Assembly (NCBI GenBank): GCA_963841385.1
Contig: CAWJCO010000004.1
Coordinates: 129,714-193,713 of the forward strand
Source: an uncultured Chloroflexia bacterium
GTDB lineage: Bacteria > Chloroflexota > Dormibacteria > Aeolococcales > Aeolococcaceae
Direction: 5' to 3'
DNA length: 64,000 nt
The first letter of the stretch is position 1. Every line of letters begins with the position of its first letter. Made by a program: the position numbers and the translations under genes. Under the pieces are notes generated by a model. It ran no database searches. It saw only the letters and a program-made list of their open reading frames with translations, and was not told the origin of the DNA. Below, piece by piece: positions 8,878-18,854 of the stretch.

Positions 8878-9900
8878 TCATCCGCGGGCGGCCCCGAGCC
8901 GAACCCTGGGGTCGACCACTCCGTAGAGCAGATCGACGATCAGGTTGGCGGCCACCACGACGGCGGAGATGAAGAGGGCGATGCCCTGGATGGTCGGCAG
9001 GTCCTCGCTTCGCACCGCGGTGATCAGTTGCAGACCGAGGCCGGGAAGGCCGAAGACGACCTCGACCACGACCGCCCCGGCGAGCACCGCGCCGAGATCG
9101 ATCCCGAACTGCGTCATCAGCGGGGTCATCGCGGCTCGCAGGGCGTGGCGGAAGAGGACCCGCCGCTCCGACACGCCCTTGGCCCGAGCCGTGCGGATGT
9201 AGTCCTCCGCAAGGACCTCGCTCAGCGAGCTGCGGGAGAGGCGGGCGTACACCGCCGAGTTCACGAGGGCGAGGGTCAGCCAGGGGAGGATCAGGTGGTC
9301 CGCCCAGGCCAGGGGGTCGACGTGAAGTGGGATCCAGGTGTCGGCGTCGGCGAAGAGATGTATCCCGTTGCTGGCGAGCAGGTCCTGGGAGATGAAGAGG
9401 GCCAGCCCGCCGAGCACGAAGGTCGGGGTGGAGACGATGGAGAAGATGAAGATCGTCGCGCTCCTCGCCCGCAGGCTCCCCGGGCGCCACGCGGAGAGGA
9501 TGCCGATGCCCACCCCGATCAGCAGCCAGAGCGCGGCGGCCGGGAGCCCGAGCTCGAGATCCACCGGGACGTCCGCGGCGACGATGCTGCTCACCGGCGC
9601 TCCCGACCTCCCCACGGAGCGCAGGAACGACGTCCCCAGGTCCTCATGGAAGATCCGGCTGAAGTACTGGACGTACTGATCCCACACCGGTCTGTCCAGG
9701 CCGAGGGCCACCTGCAGCTTCTCCACGGCCTCCTCCGGAGCGCGGAAGCCGAGCAGGAGGCGAGCGGGGTCGTGGGGGACGACGAAGTAGATCACGAAGA
9801 AGCGTCCAGATGACCCAGAGGACCACGACCGCCTGGACCAGTCGGCGGACGACGTACGCAGTCAGCTGGGACCCCTTGATGGCAGGCCAAACAAACGCTC
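8878..9900 (-). pseudogene. ABC transporter permease (DppB/OppB family), frameshifted; no cognate ABC partners nearby
   Basis: 305-aa ORF begins mid-domain (…YFVVPHDPARLLLG…). The missing N-terminal TM1 ('LTAYVVRRLVQAVVVLWVIWTLL') is encoded in another frame upstream (ORF 9644..9982), so the frame switch lies near 9790–9800. Confidence 0.6.
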
Positions 9901-10086
9901 GACGGCCCCCGATGATACAGACGCCGGGCGCGCGGTGGCGCGACACGCGGGGCCCCTGGAGGAGGGGAGCGGCGGGTACCACCGAGCGCCCCGTCGCGCC
10001 TATCGCCTTTACTCCTGATAATGTATCTTATCAGGAAGAAGAGACGGCCACCGGCGCTGTCGCGTTCGCCGTCGGGTCGGTCGGGC

Positions 10087-10407
10087 TCACCTCTCGCAGC
10101 CGACCGCGATCGACAGTGCCCGACAGATCGCCCGCATCGTCGAGGGTCGGGCGCGCCCCACCCGCCGGACCAGTCGGGAACGGGCCACCAGCTGGACGGT
10201 GTCGAGATTTGCCACCGACTCGATGCGGATGCCGTCCTGGGGCCCCACCGGGACCTCGGTGGACAGGCCGCGGATGCGCGACGTCACCGGCGCGCCGATG
10301 ACGGCATTCAGCAGTCCGCCGAGGGGGTCTCGGGTGAGCACGACGACCGGCCGTATCTTGTCCAACGAGGCCAGCCACACCTCTCCCCTGCGTGGCGCGG
10401 CGATCAT
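10087..10407 (-). CDS. mazF: MazF/PemK-family type II toxin (endoribonuclease)
   Basis: 106 aa. 'RRGEVWLASLDKIRPVVVLTRD…VIGAPVTSRIRGLSTEVPV'. Confidence 0.8.
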   Translation of the reverse strand: MIAAPRRGEVWLASLDKIRPVVVLTRDPLGGLLNAVIGAPVTSRIRGLSTEVPVGPQDGIRIESVANLDTVQLVARSRLVRRVGRARPSTMRAICRALSIAVGCER

Positions 10408-10670
10408 CGCTGCTGGGTCTCGGCGTACAGGAGTTCCCAGTCGGTGTCATCAGCGAGACCCGAGGTGTCGGCCAGGGCTGCGAGGGTTTCCTCACCCGGT
10501 GTCGGAGGCTGACTGCGGTAAGCGTCGATGTCGCGATGCAGCCGCTCCGCCTGGAGTAGACGCTCGAGCGCGAGGTCGATCACCGCCGATGTCGAGGCGG
10601 CTCCGACCATCCGTGCAGCCTCATCTGCCTTGGCCCGATCCAGGCTGATGGTTATCTTGTCGCGTGCCAT
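10404..10670 (-). CDS. Antitoxin cognate to MazF (RHH/MazE-like)
   Basis: Internal ATG gives an 88-aa 'MARDKITISLDRAKADEAARMVG…'. ATGA overlap with mazF. Confidence 0.6.
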   Translation of the reverse strand: MARDKITISLDRAKADEAARMVGAASTSAVIDLALERLLQAERLHRDIDAYRSQPPTPGEETLAALADTSGLADDTDWELLYAETQQR

Positions 10671-10935
10671 ACCTCTTATCGTACCACTGGGGAGTACTAC
10701 ACGTAGGTGGGGTGTGGTGATTCGGGCTGGCCGTGGCCCCGGACCAGAGCAGCCTCTACTTCGTCGACGACGGCACCAACACGCTGAACCTGGCGAGCTG
10801 ACCGGACGCCGGTCGCGGTGACGGCTGGCACGCCGTGTCGGAGGGCGGCCTCCGCGACCGTGTCGCGGGGGCCGCTCGCTGGCTCGGTCAACCGCACCGG
10901 GATGCATCTCGCCGACCTCGTGCGATCATCCGGCC

Positions 10936-11397
10936 GTGGACGCGACGATCGCCCGGCGTCGGCTGGGCGTGTTGCGCCGGCGGACCGCGGCGACGCTGGT
11001 GCTGCTCGCCATCCAGTTCCTGGTCGGCATGTCGCTCAACCTGTACGTGACCATCCCGACCCACCACGCCGGCGCCGGCAGCGGCCCCTACCTGAGCGGC
11101 GCCCTGGCCAGCGTTCTCTGGAGCTTCACGAGCGGCCTGCCGCTCCTCATCGTCCACGTCGTCATCGGCATCCTCCTGCTCCTCAGCGCGGTCGAGCTGG
11201 TGGTGCACGCCGTGCGCAGCCGGCGGGGGGCGGTCGCCGTCTGGCTGGCCGCGGTGGGGCTCGCCGCCATCATCTTCGCCGGCTTCAACGGGGCGAGCTT
11301 CCTCAAGTACAACCTCGACATCAGCTCGATGCTGATGTCGGTCGGATTCGCGCTGGCCGTCGTCTGCTACGTGGGGCTGCTCAGCATCGCCGGGTGA
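10936..11397 (+). CDS. Hypothetical integral membrane protein (4 predicted TM helices)
   Basis: 153 aa with four hydrophobic stretches. Confidence 0.55.
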   Translation: MDATIARRRLGVLRRRTAATLVLLAIQFLVGMSLNLYVTIPTHHAGAGSGPYLSGALASVLWSFTSGLPLLIVHVVIGILLLLSAVELVVHAVRSRRGAVAVWLAAVGLAAIIFAGFNGASFLKYNLDISSMLMSVGFALAVVCYVGLLSIAG

Positions 11398-11526
11398 GCG
11401 ATGCTTCGGGAGGAACCGGCGGCAGGTCCCGGCGACTTCCAGGCGCGCGACCGGCTGGAAGCTGGTGACGCAGGCTGAGGCGACGCGGGCTGAGGCGTCG
11501 CGGCCAGCCTCCGCCTGAGACGCGCC

Positions 11527-12204
11527 TCAGCGCCGGATGCCCAGCTCGTCGAGGTGGACGCGCAGCGCCTCGGGGTCATCGTAGACGCGGAACGCTCCGA
11601 CCTCCTCGAGCTCCTGGCGGCTGTAGCCGCCCGACAGCAGGCCGACCCCCAGGGCTCCGGCGCGGCGGGCGGCGAGCACGTCCCAGATGCTATCCCCCAC
11701 CACCACGCAATTCGTGATCGCCACCCCGAGCCGCGCGGCCGCGGCGAGGAAGAGGTCGGGATCGGGCTTGGCGAAGGGGACCTCGTCCCGCGTGATGACG
11801 GGCACGGATGGTGGGACCTCGAGCTTGGCCAGGTTGGGGCCGGCCGTGGCGCGGCTGCCGCTGGTGGCGATCGCCCAGAGGACGCCCCGCTCGGACAGCT
11901 GGTGCAGCAGGGCGATGGCGCCGGGGAGCGGCCGGACGTGGGGCGCGAGCTCACGGAAGGCTCGGGCGTGGGCCGCCTGCAAGGCCGCCACCTCCTCGGT
12001 GGAGAAATCCCGGCCCATCTCCCTCGCCAGCCCGTTGACCAGCAGCCCGTTGCTCATCCCGACCCGGCGGTGGATGCGCCAGGTGGGCAGGTCGAGCCCC
12101 TCAGCCTCCAGGGCGGTGCGCCAGGCGAGCACGTGCTGGTAGACGCTGTCCACCAGGGTGCCGTCCAGGTCGAAGATCAGCGCCGGCTTCCGGCTGGCGT
12201 CCAT
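11527..12204 (-). CDS. HAD-IA family hydrolase (phosphatase)
   Basis: 'LIFDLDGTLVDS' motif I, 'VVVGDSIWD' motif IV. Confidence 0.8.
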   Translation of the reverse strand: MDASRKPALIFDLDGTLVDSVYQHVLAWRTALEAEGLDLPTWRIHRRVGMSNGLLVNGLAREMGRDFSTEEVAALQAAHARAFRELAPHVRPLPGAIALLHQLSERGVLWAIATSGSRATAGPNLAKLEVPPSVPVITRDEVPFAKPDPDLFLAAAARLGVAITNCVVVGDSIWDVLAARRAGALGVGLLSGGYSRQELEEVGAFRVYDDPEALRVHLDELGIRR

Positions 12205-12287
12205 GTCGCGATCCTAGCCTCCTTCGAAGGCCGGGGCGGCCGGCGACGGAACGGTCGGCCCGGGGCGGGCGACGGGGGGGTGCAGGG

Positions 12288-13217
12288 CTACGTCCCCTCC
12301 ACGAAGCCGGGCTTCGCGTAGGCGGGATGGGGGTAGCGGTAGAACCCCTCCCCGCTCTTCACCCCGGTGCAGCCGCGATCGATGTAGCCGCGCAGGAAGT
12401 CGGCATTGGCCCGCAGCTGCGCGTCCCCGGTGACTCCGGCCCAGTACTCGGTGATGTGCCAGGCGGTGTCGATGCCGACGTCGTCGAGGGCACCGAAGGG
12501 CCCGAACGGTGTCTTCATGATCGCCATCCAGGCGCGGTCGACGTCCTCGACCGAGGCCACGTCGTTGGCGACCAGGGTGATCGCCGCGCGGTTCATCGCC
12601 GTGTAGATGGCATTGAAGACGTAGCCCATGCTCTCCCGGCGCATCCGGATCGGGATCTGGCCGAGCCGGCGGGCGAAGGCGACCAGGAGCTCGGTGGTCT
12701 CCGCGGAGGTGCCGGGATGCGGCATGACGTCGACGACGTTTGCCGACCAGACCGGGATGTGGAAGTGGAGCGCGGCGAAGCGGTCGGGTCGCCCGGTCGC
12801 CTCGGCGTACATCGAGGGGAGCAGCGTCGAGGTGTTGGTGGCGAAGACCGTCCGGGGCGGGCAGAGCGCGTTGAACTGGGCGAGGACCCGTCCCTTGAGC
12901 TCGGGGTCCTCGGGCACGCACTCGATCAGCAGGTCGGAGTCCGCGCCGGCCGCCACCGGGTCCGCGGTCACCGTCACCCGGGCGAGCGACCTCTCGAGCC
13001 CGTCGGTGTCCAGGAGCCCGTCCGCCTGCTGCTGCTCGCCGTAGCCGCGCAGCCGGCCTGGGGCGGTCTCGCGGGCGGCGGCATCGGTCTCGTAGAGCAG
13101 GACCTCGAACCCATGGGTCGCGGCTTGGAGCCCGATCTGCAGGCCCATGGTGCCGCTGCCGACCAGCAGCACCCGGCGCACGTCCTCGCTCTGCATGGCA
13201 AGCCTCCTCTCACGCAC
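12288..13217 (-). CDS. 3-hydroxyacyl-CoA / 3-hydroxybutyryl-CoA dehydrogenase (NAD-binding)
   Basis: 'VLLVGSGTMGLQIGLQAA' Rossmann motif, 'NTSTL', and a C-terminal 3HCDH domain. Confidence 0.85.
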   Translation of the reverse strand: MRERRLAMQSEDVRRVLLVGSGTMGLQIGLQAATHGFEVLLYETDAAARETAPGRLRGYGEQQQADGLLDTDGLERSLARVTVTADPVAAGADSDLLIECVPEDPELKGRVLAQFNALCPPRTVFATNTSTLLPSMYAEATGRPDRFAALHFHIPVWSANVVDVMPHPGTSAETTELLVAFARRLGQIPIRMRRESMGYVFNAIYTAMNRAAITLVANDVASVEDVDRAWMAIMKTPFGPFGALDDVGIDTAWHITEYWAGVTGDAQLRANADFLRGYIDRGCTGVKSGEGFYRYPHPAYAKPGFVEGT

Positions 13218-13426
13218 CCGAAATCCCGATCCGGTCGGAGAACCACGGGTGCGCGGCGGGCTCGGCGGTCACCACCCCAGCCGTGTCCATGGTTCGCCAA
13301 CCGGCACCAGCAGGCTACCCCTCCCCTCTCGGGGATGCCAGGGACCTTCGGCCCAGGCGCCGCGTGGCCACGCCCCATTCCAAGGCTGCCCGGTCGGGCT
13401 TATATATCGAGTATCGTAGATGGTCG

Positions 13427-13759
13427 ATGATCACCTCCGATCAGGCGGCGGCGTGGGCCTCCTGGTTCCGAGCCCTCGGAGATCCGACCAGGATCCGCCT
13501 GCTGCACGCGCTCGCCACGGCCCGGCGGCCGATGAGGGTGGGCGCCCTGGTCGAGCGGGTGGACGTCGGCCAGTCCACGGTGTCCCACCACCTCCGTCAG
13601 CTCGCCGACGTCGGCTTCGTGCAGCTCCGGCGCGAGGGCACCACCACCTGGTGCGAGATCAACCGGGGCTGCTTCGCCGCTTTCCCCCAGGCCGCGGCTT
13701 CCATCATGGATCGGGGCCGGGCGGAGCGATCGACGGATGGCGGCGCTGATGGCGGCTGA
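13427..13759 (+). CDS. ArsR/SmtB family transcriptional regulator
   Basis: 'LGDPTRIRLLHAL…MRVGALVERVDVGQSTVSHHLRQLADVGFV' winged-HTH. Overlaps the downstream GNAT gene. Confidence 0.75.
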   Translation: MITSDQAAAWASWFRALGDPTRIRLLHALATARRPMRVGALVERVDVGQSTVSHHLRQLADVGFVQLRREGTTTWCEINRGCFAAFPQAAASIMDRGRAERSTDGGADGG

Positions 13760-14249
13760 GCTGACGATCCGGCTGCTCGAGGCGGCCGACTGGCCGGCAG
13801 TGCGGGAGATCTACGCGGCCGGGATCGCATCCGGTGACGCAACGTTCGAGGAGGAACCCCCCAGCTGGGACGACTTCGACAGCCACCGGCTCTCGACCCT
13901 GCGCTTCGTCGCGGTGGATGCCGCCGGTGCGGTGGTCGGGTGGGTGGCCGCCGCGGCGGTCTCCGACCGGTGCGTCTACGCCGGTGTCGTCGAGCACTCG
14001 GTGTACGTCGAACCGGCGATGCGCGGGCGCGGTGTCGGCCGGCTCCTGCTCGACCACCTCATCGCCGCCAGCGAGGCGGACGGCATCTGGACGATCCAGT
14101 CGGGCATCTTCCCCGAGAACACCGCGAGTCGCGCTCTGCATGCCCGCTGCGGGTTTCGCGAGGTCGGTGTGCGCGAGCGGGTGGGCCGGCACCGGGGCCG
14201 CTGGCGCGACGTGGTGATGGTCGAGAGACGGAGCCCGGCGATCCTCTAG
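13737..14249 (+). CDS. GNAT family N-acetyltransferase (phosphinothricin-acetyltransferase-like)
   Basis: 170 aa. 'VYVEPAMRGRGVGRLLLDHLI' and 'ALHARCGFREVG'. Confidence 0.8.
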   Translation: MAALMAAELTIRLLEAADWPAVREIYAAGIASGDATFEEEPPSWDDFDSHRLSTLRFVAVDAAGAVVGWVAAAAVSDRCVYAGVVEHSVYVEPAMRGRGVGRLLLDHLIAASEADGIWTIQSGIFPENTASRALHARCGFREVGVRERVGRHRGRWRDVVMVERRSPAIL

Positions 14250-14473
14250 CAGGTTGCCGAATCCTGGTGCCCCGCTCTGGAAACAGCTCTCGGGTTGCGG
14301 TGACTGGAGTGGAGGACGCCGCTCGCGAAGCGGTGGGTGTCCACGAGCTCAACGTCGAGGCGCACATCCTTGGGGAGCCATGGCTTGCCACCGCCAGCGG
14401 AGACGGGCAGCGCGGACAACTGGCACCGCTGGCGCCGTGATCACCGGGCCCGGCAGCTCTCGCCGTCCGGTCC

Positions 14474-14767
14474 TCAGCGCCAGCGCGGGTCGCGCTCGTA
14501 GGTGACCACCGCGAGCGGGAGTTCGTAGGGCAGGACCGTGGGGCCTCGGCTGTACACGTTCTGGGATGAGCCCAGGTTGACCGTGGCGCCCGAATCCTCC
14601 TCGATGACGACCCGGTAGCCGTGCTCGGTGAGGCGCGTGGTGTCCCGCTTCTGCTCGTCCTCAGACCCGTACTTCCGGCGCAGCCGCGCCGGGTAACGGG
14701 CACGCGCGGCCCAGTGCTGGAGCCGCCACCGCCGCCACAGGTCCCGCAGCCAGCCCGACGTCGTCAC
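14474..14767 (-). CDS. Hypothetical small protein
   Basis: 97 aa. Non-biased composition (K/E/Y present). Confidence 0.3.
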   Translation of the reverse strand: MTTSGWLRDLWRRWRLQHWAARARYPARLRRKYGSEDEQKRDTTRLTEHGYRVVIEEDSGATVNLGSSQNVYSRGPTVLPYELPLAVVTYERDPRWR

Positions 14768-14913
14768 CGGTGGATCTTCTCACCCGGTCGCACGGGTCAG
14801 CGGGCCTGCCGCGTGCCGACTAGAATGGCGCCCGCACGGGGACGCCGGCTGACCTCTGCGCGAGCGCCGGCAGTCGGGACGCCCTCGGCGCCCGGCTGAA
14901 ATGAGGAGCGGCG

Positions 14914-15282
14914 ATGGCGGGCAGGTACATCGACTTCCTGGTGACCGGCGACCCGGCGGCGGCGCGGGCCACAGCCGAGCAGGCACTGCTGGCGCGCAAC
15001 TTCCGGGTGGTCTGGCACGACGACTGGACTGCCACCGCGGAGCGCGGGTCGCAGCTCGCGAACGCCCTCCTCGGCGCCTTCGCCCAGTACTTCCGGGTCG
15101 GCGTCCGGCTGATGAGCTCCGACCCCGGCGAGACCACGGTGCGTGTGGAGCAGCAGACGATCGGAATGTTGGGCGGGGCCATCGGGATGTCGCGGGTTCG
15201 GAAGAACATGGCGACGCTGCGCACCGAGCTGGAGGCCACGTTCCAAGCCGCCGGGGTCCTGCGCGGGGTCAGCGAGGCGTAG
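14914..15282 (+). CDS. Hypothetical protein
   Basis: 122 aa. GAGGAG RBS 6 nt upstream of the ATG. Confidence 0.5.
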   Translation: MAGRYIDFLVTGDPAAARATAEQALLARNFRVVWHDDWTATAERGSQLANALLGAFAQYFRVGVRLMSSDPGETTVRVEQQTIGMLGGAIGMSRVRKNMATLRTELEATFQAAGVLRGVSEA

Positions 15283-15412
15283 CCACCGGGGCCGTCCGTG
15301 CTCCCCTGGGCACGGCAGGCTGGCCTGGGTCGGGTGCCCGCGAGCCCGCCGCGTCCGAGCCTGGGCGGCCGTCGCGGTGACGCCGGGCGTTCCGTTGCGG
15401 CCGCCCGGCCGC

Positions 15413-16471
15413 ATGATTACGCCGATGCCGGCTCGCGTCCCCCCGAAGCGTCGCCCCACCGCACCGCATCGCCCTCGTCTCCCCGCCTGGGTCGCTCAGG
15501 TGCCGGGTCCGGGTGACCCGCTGCCCGACCAGGTCCAGCAGTTCCTCGACTACCTGCGGGTGCAGCGCAACCGGCCGCTCACCACCGTCCGCGCCTACCG
15601 CTACGACCTCGCCAAGTTCGTCGCCTTCGCGCGGGTGAGGTCCCCGGGGACCGGGCTCTGCGAGGGGCTCGACGCGGCGGCCCTCCGCCGCTACCAGATC
15701 GAGCTGGCCGAGGCCCTCCCCCACCCGCGCACCCGGGCGCGCGCCCTGGTCGCGCTCCGCCAGTTCCTCCGCTACGCATACGACGAGGGCTGGACCGCGG
15801 CCGAGCTCTCCCGCCGGGTGGTGGTGCCCCGCTACATCGTCGGCGATCCCCATCCGATCGCGACCGAGGTGGTGCCCCGGCTGCTGGCCGCCCTCCCCCG
15901 GGACGGGCTGCGCGACCTGCGGGACCGCGCATTGGTCCATTTCCTGATCAGCAGCGGCTGCCGGATCAGCGAGGCGTGCGCGCTCGACCGGGGCGACATC
16001 CGGCCGGAGGGCTTCCGGGTGCTCGGCAAGGGCGGCAAGCACCGCACCGTGTTCCTCACCGAGGACGCCTGGGCGGCGGTTCGCGAGTACCTGCTGGCGC
16101 GCGGCCAGGACGCCTCCCCCGCCCTCTTCATCAGCGTCGCCCATCCCGACATGCCCGGGGGGCGCGTGCTCCCCGGCAACCGCCTCACCACCGACGGGGC
16201 GCGCCGGGCGCTCACCGCACTGCGGCGCCGTTTCGCGCTCGACCCCGAGGCCTTCCGGTTGATCGAGGGCCTGCGCAGCCCCCACGCGGCGCGCCACACC
16301 GCGGCCACCACTCTGCTGGAGGCGACCGACGGGGACGTGCGGCTGGTCCAGGAGGTGCTCGGCCACGCGACCCTGGAGACCCTGCGGGTCTACACCGAGA
16401 TCACCGACCGGCGCAAGCGCGCCGCCTACGCGCGGCTGGGCGACTACCTGCGGGAGGTCGGCGAGGGCTGA
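15413..16471 (+). CDS. Tyrosine site-specific recombinase, XerC/XerD family
   Basis: N-terminal SAM-like core-binding domain ('FLDYLRVQRNRPLTTVRAYRYDL'). C-terminal catalytic 'ARHTAATTLL…LGHATLETLRVYTEI' supplying the R-H-R-Y residues. Confidence 0.85.
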   Translation: MITPMPARVPPKRRPTAPHRPRLPAWVAQVPGPGDPLPDQVQQFLDYLRVQRNRPLTTVRAYRYDLAKFVAFARVRSPGTGLCEGLDAAALRRYQIELAEALPHPRTRARALVALRQFLRYAYDEGWTAAELSRRVVVPRYIVGDPHPIATEVVPRLLAALPRDGLRDLRDRALVHFLISSGCRISEACALDRGDIRPEGFRVLGKGGKHRTVFLTEDAWAAVREYLLARGQDASPALFISVAHPDMPGGRVLPGNRLTTDGARRALTALRRRFALDPEAFRLIEGLRSPHAARHTAATTLLEATDGDVRLVQEVLGHATLETLRVYTEITDRRKRAAYARLGDYLREVGEG

Positions 16472-16599
16472 CGGCCGCAGGGTGATCCGGGTGATGCGGA
16501 CAGGTTTGTCCTCAAGGGGCATGAGCGCCGCCGCGCTGTCCCGGTAGCCGACCACGTCGATGCGCTCGCGCGCGGCCAGGGCCAGGAAGCGGATTGATC

Positions 16600-17520
16600 C
16601 TAGGTGGCCGCGGAGGCCCGCTGGACGGCTCCCGGCGGCTGGGCCGCCGCCAGGCCCTGGGAGCGCAGCCAGCCGTCCATGATCTCGAGGAACTGGTGCG
16701 GAGCCTCGAGCATCGGGACATGACCGACACCGTCGAGGACGTGCAGCTCCCAGTCGGGGTGACGGCGCTGGACCTGCCGGGCGGCGCCGACCCGGACCAG
16801 CCGGTCCCGCTCGCCGTGGATGACCAGGGTGGGCACCCTCACCCGGCGCACCAGGCGGCGGAGGCCGACCCGGTGGATCAGCGCCCGGATGATCGAATGA
16901 GCCGCCAGCACGTAGGCGATGTCGTTCTCCCCGAGGCGGCCGCGCAGACGCTCCAGCTCGACGTGGGCGTCGACCACATCGGCGGGGATGCTCTCCGGCC
17001 GCTCCGCGCAGAGCCCGAGCGCGCCCTCCACCAGGTCCTCCACCGAGAGGCGGTCACGGGCATGCCGGAGCAGGCGCCGGCCCACGGGCGGCAGCATGTA
17101 GGCGGCGAAGGCGAGGCTGACCAGCGCCGGGCGCCGCCGCCGCCAGGGGCTGGGCAGGACCGAGTCGACGAGCACCAGGCCCGCCACCCGCGCCGGGTGC
17201 AGGCTGGCCTCGGTGAGGGCGATCAGCCCTCCCATGGAGTTGCCGACCAGCACCACCGGCTCGGTGCAGGTCTGATCGATCACCCGATCGAGAAGAGCGG
17301 CGTAGGCGGGGACGGTGGCCAGCCGCCCGTTGACCGGGGTGAGACCGAAGCCGGGAAGGTCGAGGGCGAGCACACGCCCGTAGCGGGTGAGCTGCGGCGC
17401 GACCCGCATCCAGTTGAGGTGGGAGCCGCCGAGGCCATGAACCAGCACGATCCGCGCGGGCCCGGAACCCCATTCCGCGAGATGCACCGGGCCGTCGACA
17501 TCGATGGTTGCCGACCACAT
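16600..17520 (-). CDS. Alpha/beta hydrolase fold protein
   Basis: 'IVLVHGLGGSHLNW' and 'GNSMGG' nucleophile elbow. Confidence 0.8.
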   Translation of the reverse strand: MWSATIDVDGPVHLAEWGSGPARIVLVHGLGGSHLNWMRVAPQLTRYGRVLALDLPGFGLTPVNGRLATVPAYAALLDRVIDQTCTEPVVLVGNSMGGLIALTEASLHPARVAGLVLVDSVLPSPWRRRRPALVSLAFAAYMLPPVGRRLLRHARDRLSVEDLVEGALGLCAERPESIPADVVDAHVELERLRGRLGENDIAYVLAAHSIIRALIHRVGLRRLVRRVRVPTLVIHGERDRLVRVGAARQVQRRHPDWELHVLDGVGHVPMLEAPHQFLEIMDGWLRSQGLAAAQPPGAVQRASAAT

Positions 17521-17583
17521 GGCTGCAGATCGTAGGCGCTCCGGGGGTCGCGCCCCAGCGCTTCGCTCGGACGCCCTCCCCCC

Positions 17584-18096
17584 CTACCGCACCGCGGCCT
17601 GGCCCGGGCCCTGCTGCCGCCCGGGATCGGGGACCCAGACGTTGCCCAGCACCTCGACCTCAGCGACGAAGCCGGCGTCCCACGCCGCGGCGACGGCAGC
17701 GGCGATGGGTGGATGCATCTCGAGGGCGAGCAGCTCCTCGCGGGTGACCCAGCGCACCTCCTGGATGGCGGGGTCGCGGAGGGCCGGCTCGCCGGCTGCG
17801 CTCGGCTGCGGACCGGGGCCCGGCTCCGGGCCGGCGCGGTGGGCGGCGAAGACCAGGTTGACCAGGTGGCGACCGCCCGGCTCGATGGCCTCGCAGACCA
17901 GGACCAGACGGCCGATCTCGGCCTCCATCCCGGTCTCCTCGCGCAGCTCCCGGCGGGCGGCCTCGAGCAGGGTCTCCCCTCTCTCGACCCCGCCGCCCGG
18001 CAGCAGCCAGTAGCGGCGCCCGCCCTTCCCGTGCGCCACCAGGAGCAGCCGGCCGCCCGCGGTGATGCAGACGGCGACCCGAACCCGCGGCTCCAT
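17584..18096 (-). CDS. NUDIX hydrolase
   Basis: 'GGGVERGETLLEAARRELREETG' Nudix box. Confidence 0.8.
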   Translation of the reverse strand: MEPRVRVAVCITAGGRLLLVAHGKGGRRYWLLPGGGVERGETLLEAARRELREETGMEAEIGRLVLVCEAIEPGGRHLVNLVFAAHRAGPEPGPGPQPSAAGEPALRDPAIQEVRWVTREELLALEMHPPIAAAVAAAWDAGFVAEVEVLGNVWVPDPGRQQGPGQAAVR

Positions 18097-18233
18097 GGGC
18101 CGATTATCGGACACCCATTGACAGCGAACAGGTGTTTGGATTAGGCTTGCGCTCCATGGGAACAGACGTTCTCTCCGATGGCACGTGGCCCCTCCCTTCC
18201 ATCTCTGCGCGGGGGGCATGGTGCGGGAGGGCT

Positions 18234-18542
18234 GTGACCGTCGATGCGCAGCCGGCCCGCCGCATCCCGCGTCGCCGCGGGTGGCCGGTCGGGCGGGGCG
18301 TCCTGGTGGCAGCCCTCGGCGCCTGCATCGGGTGGGGGCTGGCCGGCGGGGCCGGTGCCGGCGCCGCCCCGACCGCTGCCACGACCGTGGTGGTCCAGCC
18401 CGGCGACACGGTCTGGAGCATCGCCGCCCGCCACCCCGACGGCGAGGACATCCGCATCGAGGTGACCCAGATCCTCTCCCTCAACCGGCTGCCCTCGCCG
18501 ATCATCCAGCCGGGGCAGACGCTGGTGGTCCCCGCCGGCTGA
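18234..18542 (+). CDS. LysM-domain (peptidoglycan-binding) protein
   Basis: C-terminal 'VVVQPGDTVWSIAARH…LNRLPSPIIQPGQTLVVP' LysM domain. GTG start after GGGAGG. An alternative upstream ATG lies at 18132. Confidence 0.55.
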   Translation: MTVDAQPARRIPRRRGWPVGRGVLVAALGACIGWGLAGGAGAGAAPTAATTVVVQPGDTVWSIAARHPDGEDIRIEVTQILSLNRLPSPIIQPGQTLVVPAG

Positions 18543-18854
18543 GCCTCGCCCAGGCATCGCGACCGCATCCGGTTCCAGGGCCTGGTGACACGCCATCGGA
18601 GGGCGCCGTCGCTCGTGTGGGTCGGTGGTCCCGAGGGAACCGCGGACCTGCGGCACTGGCAGGTCCATGGTGCGGAGGCGAAGGCTCCGGGCTACGGATT
18701 AACGCAAGTAGCGCATGCTCCCGGCTGCCTCATCGTGAGCGGCCCGCAACCCCTGTTCATCGAGCGAAGGCGAGGAGGGGTGGCATGCAGGCCCGGGCGG
18801 TGCCCCTGCCGCGTTTCGCGCGGCCGGTCGAGGTGGCCGCATGGAGAGACTGGG

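Noticed and set aside
15269-16555. 428-aa minus-strand ORF opposite the tyrosine recombinase
   Set aside because: It is the mirror frame of a gene with clear R-H-R-Y recombinase motifs and has no recognisable domain itself.
16594-17535. 313-aa plus-strand ORF
   Set aside because: It is antisense to the alpha/beta hydrolase gene, which has clear lipase/esterase motifs, and it has no motif of its own.
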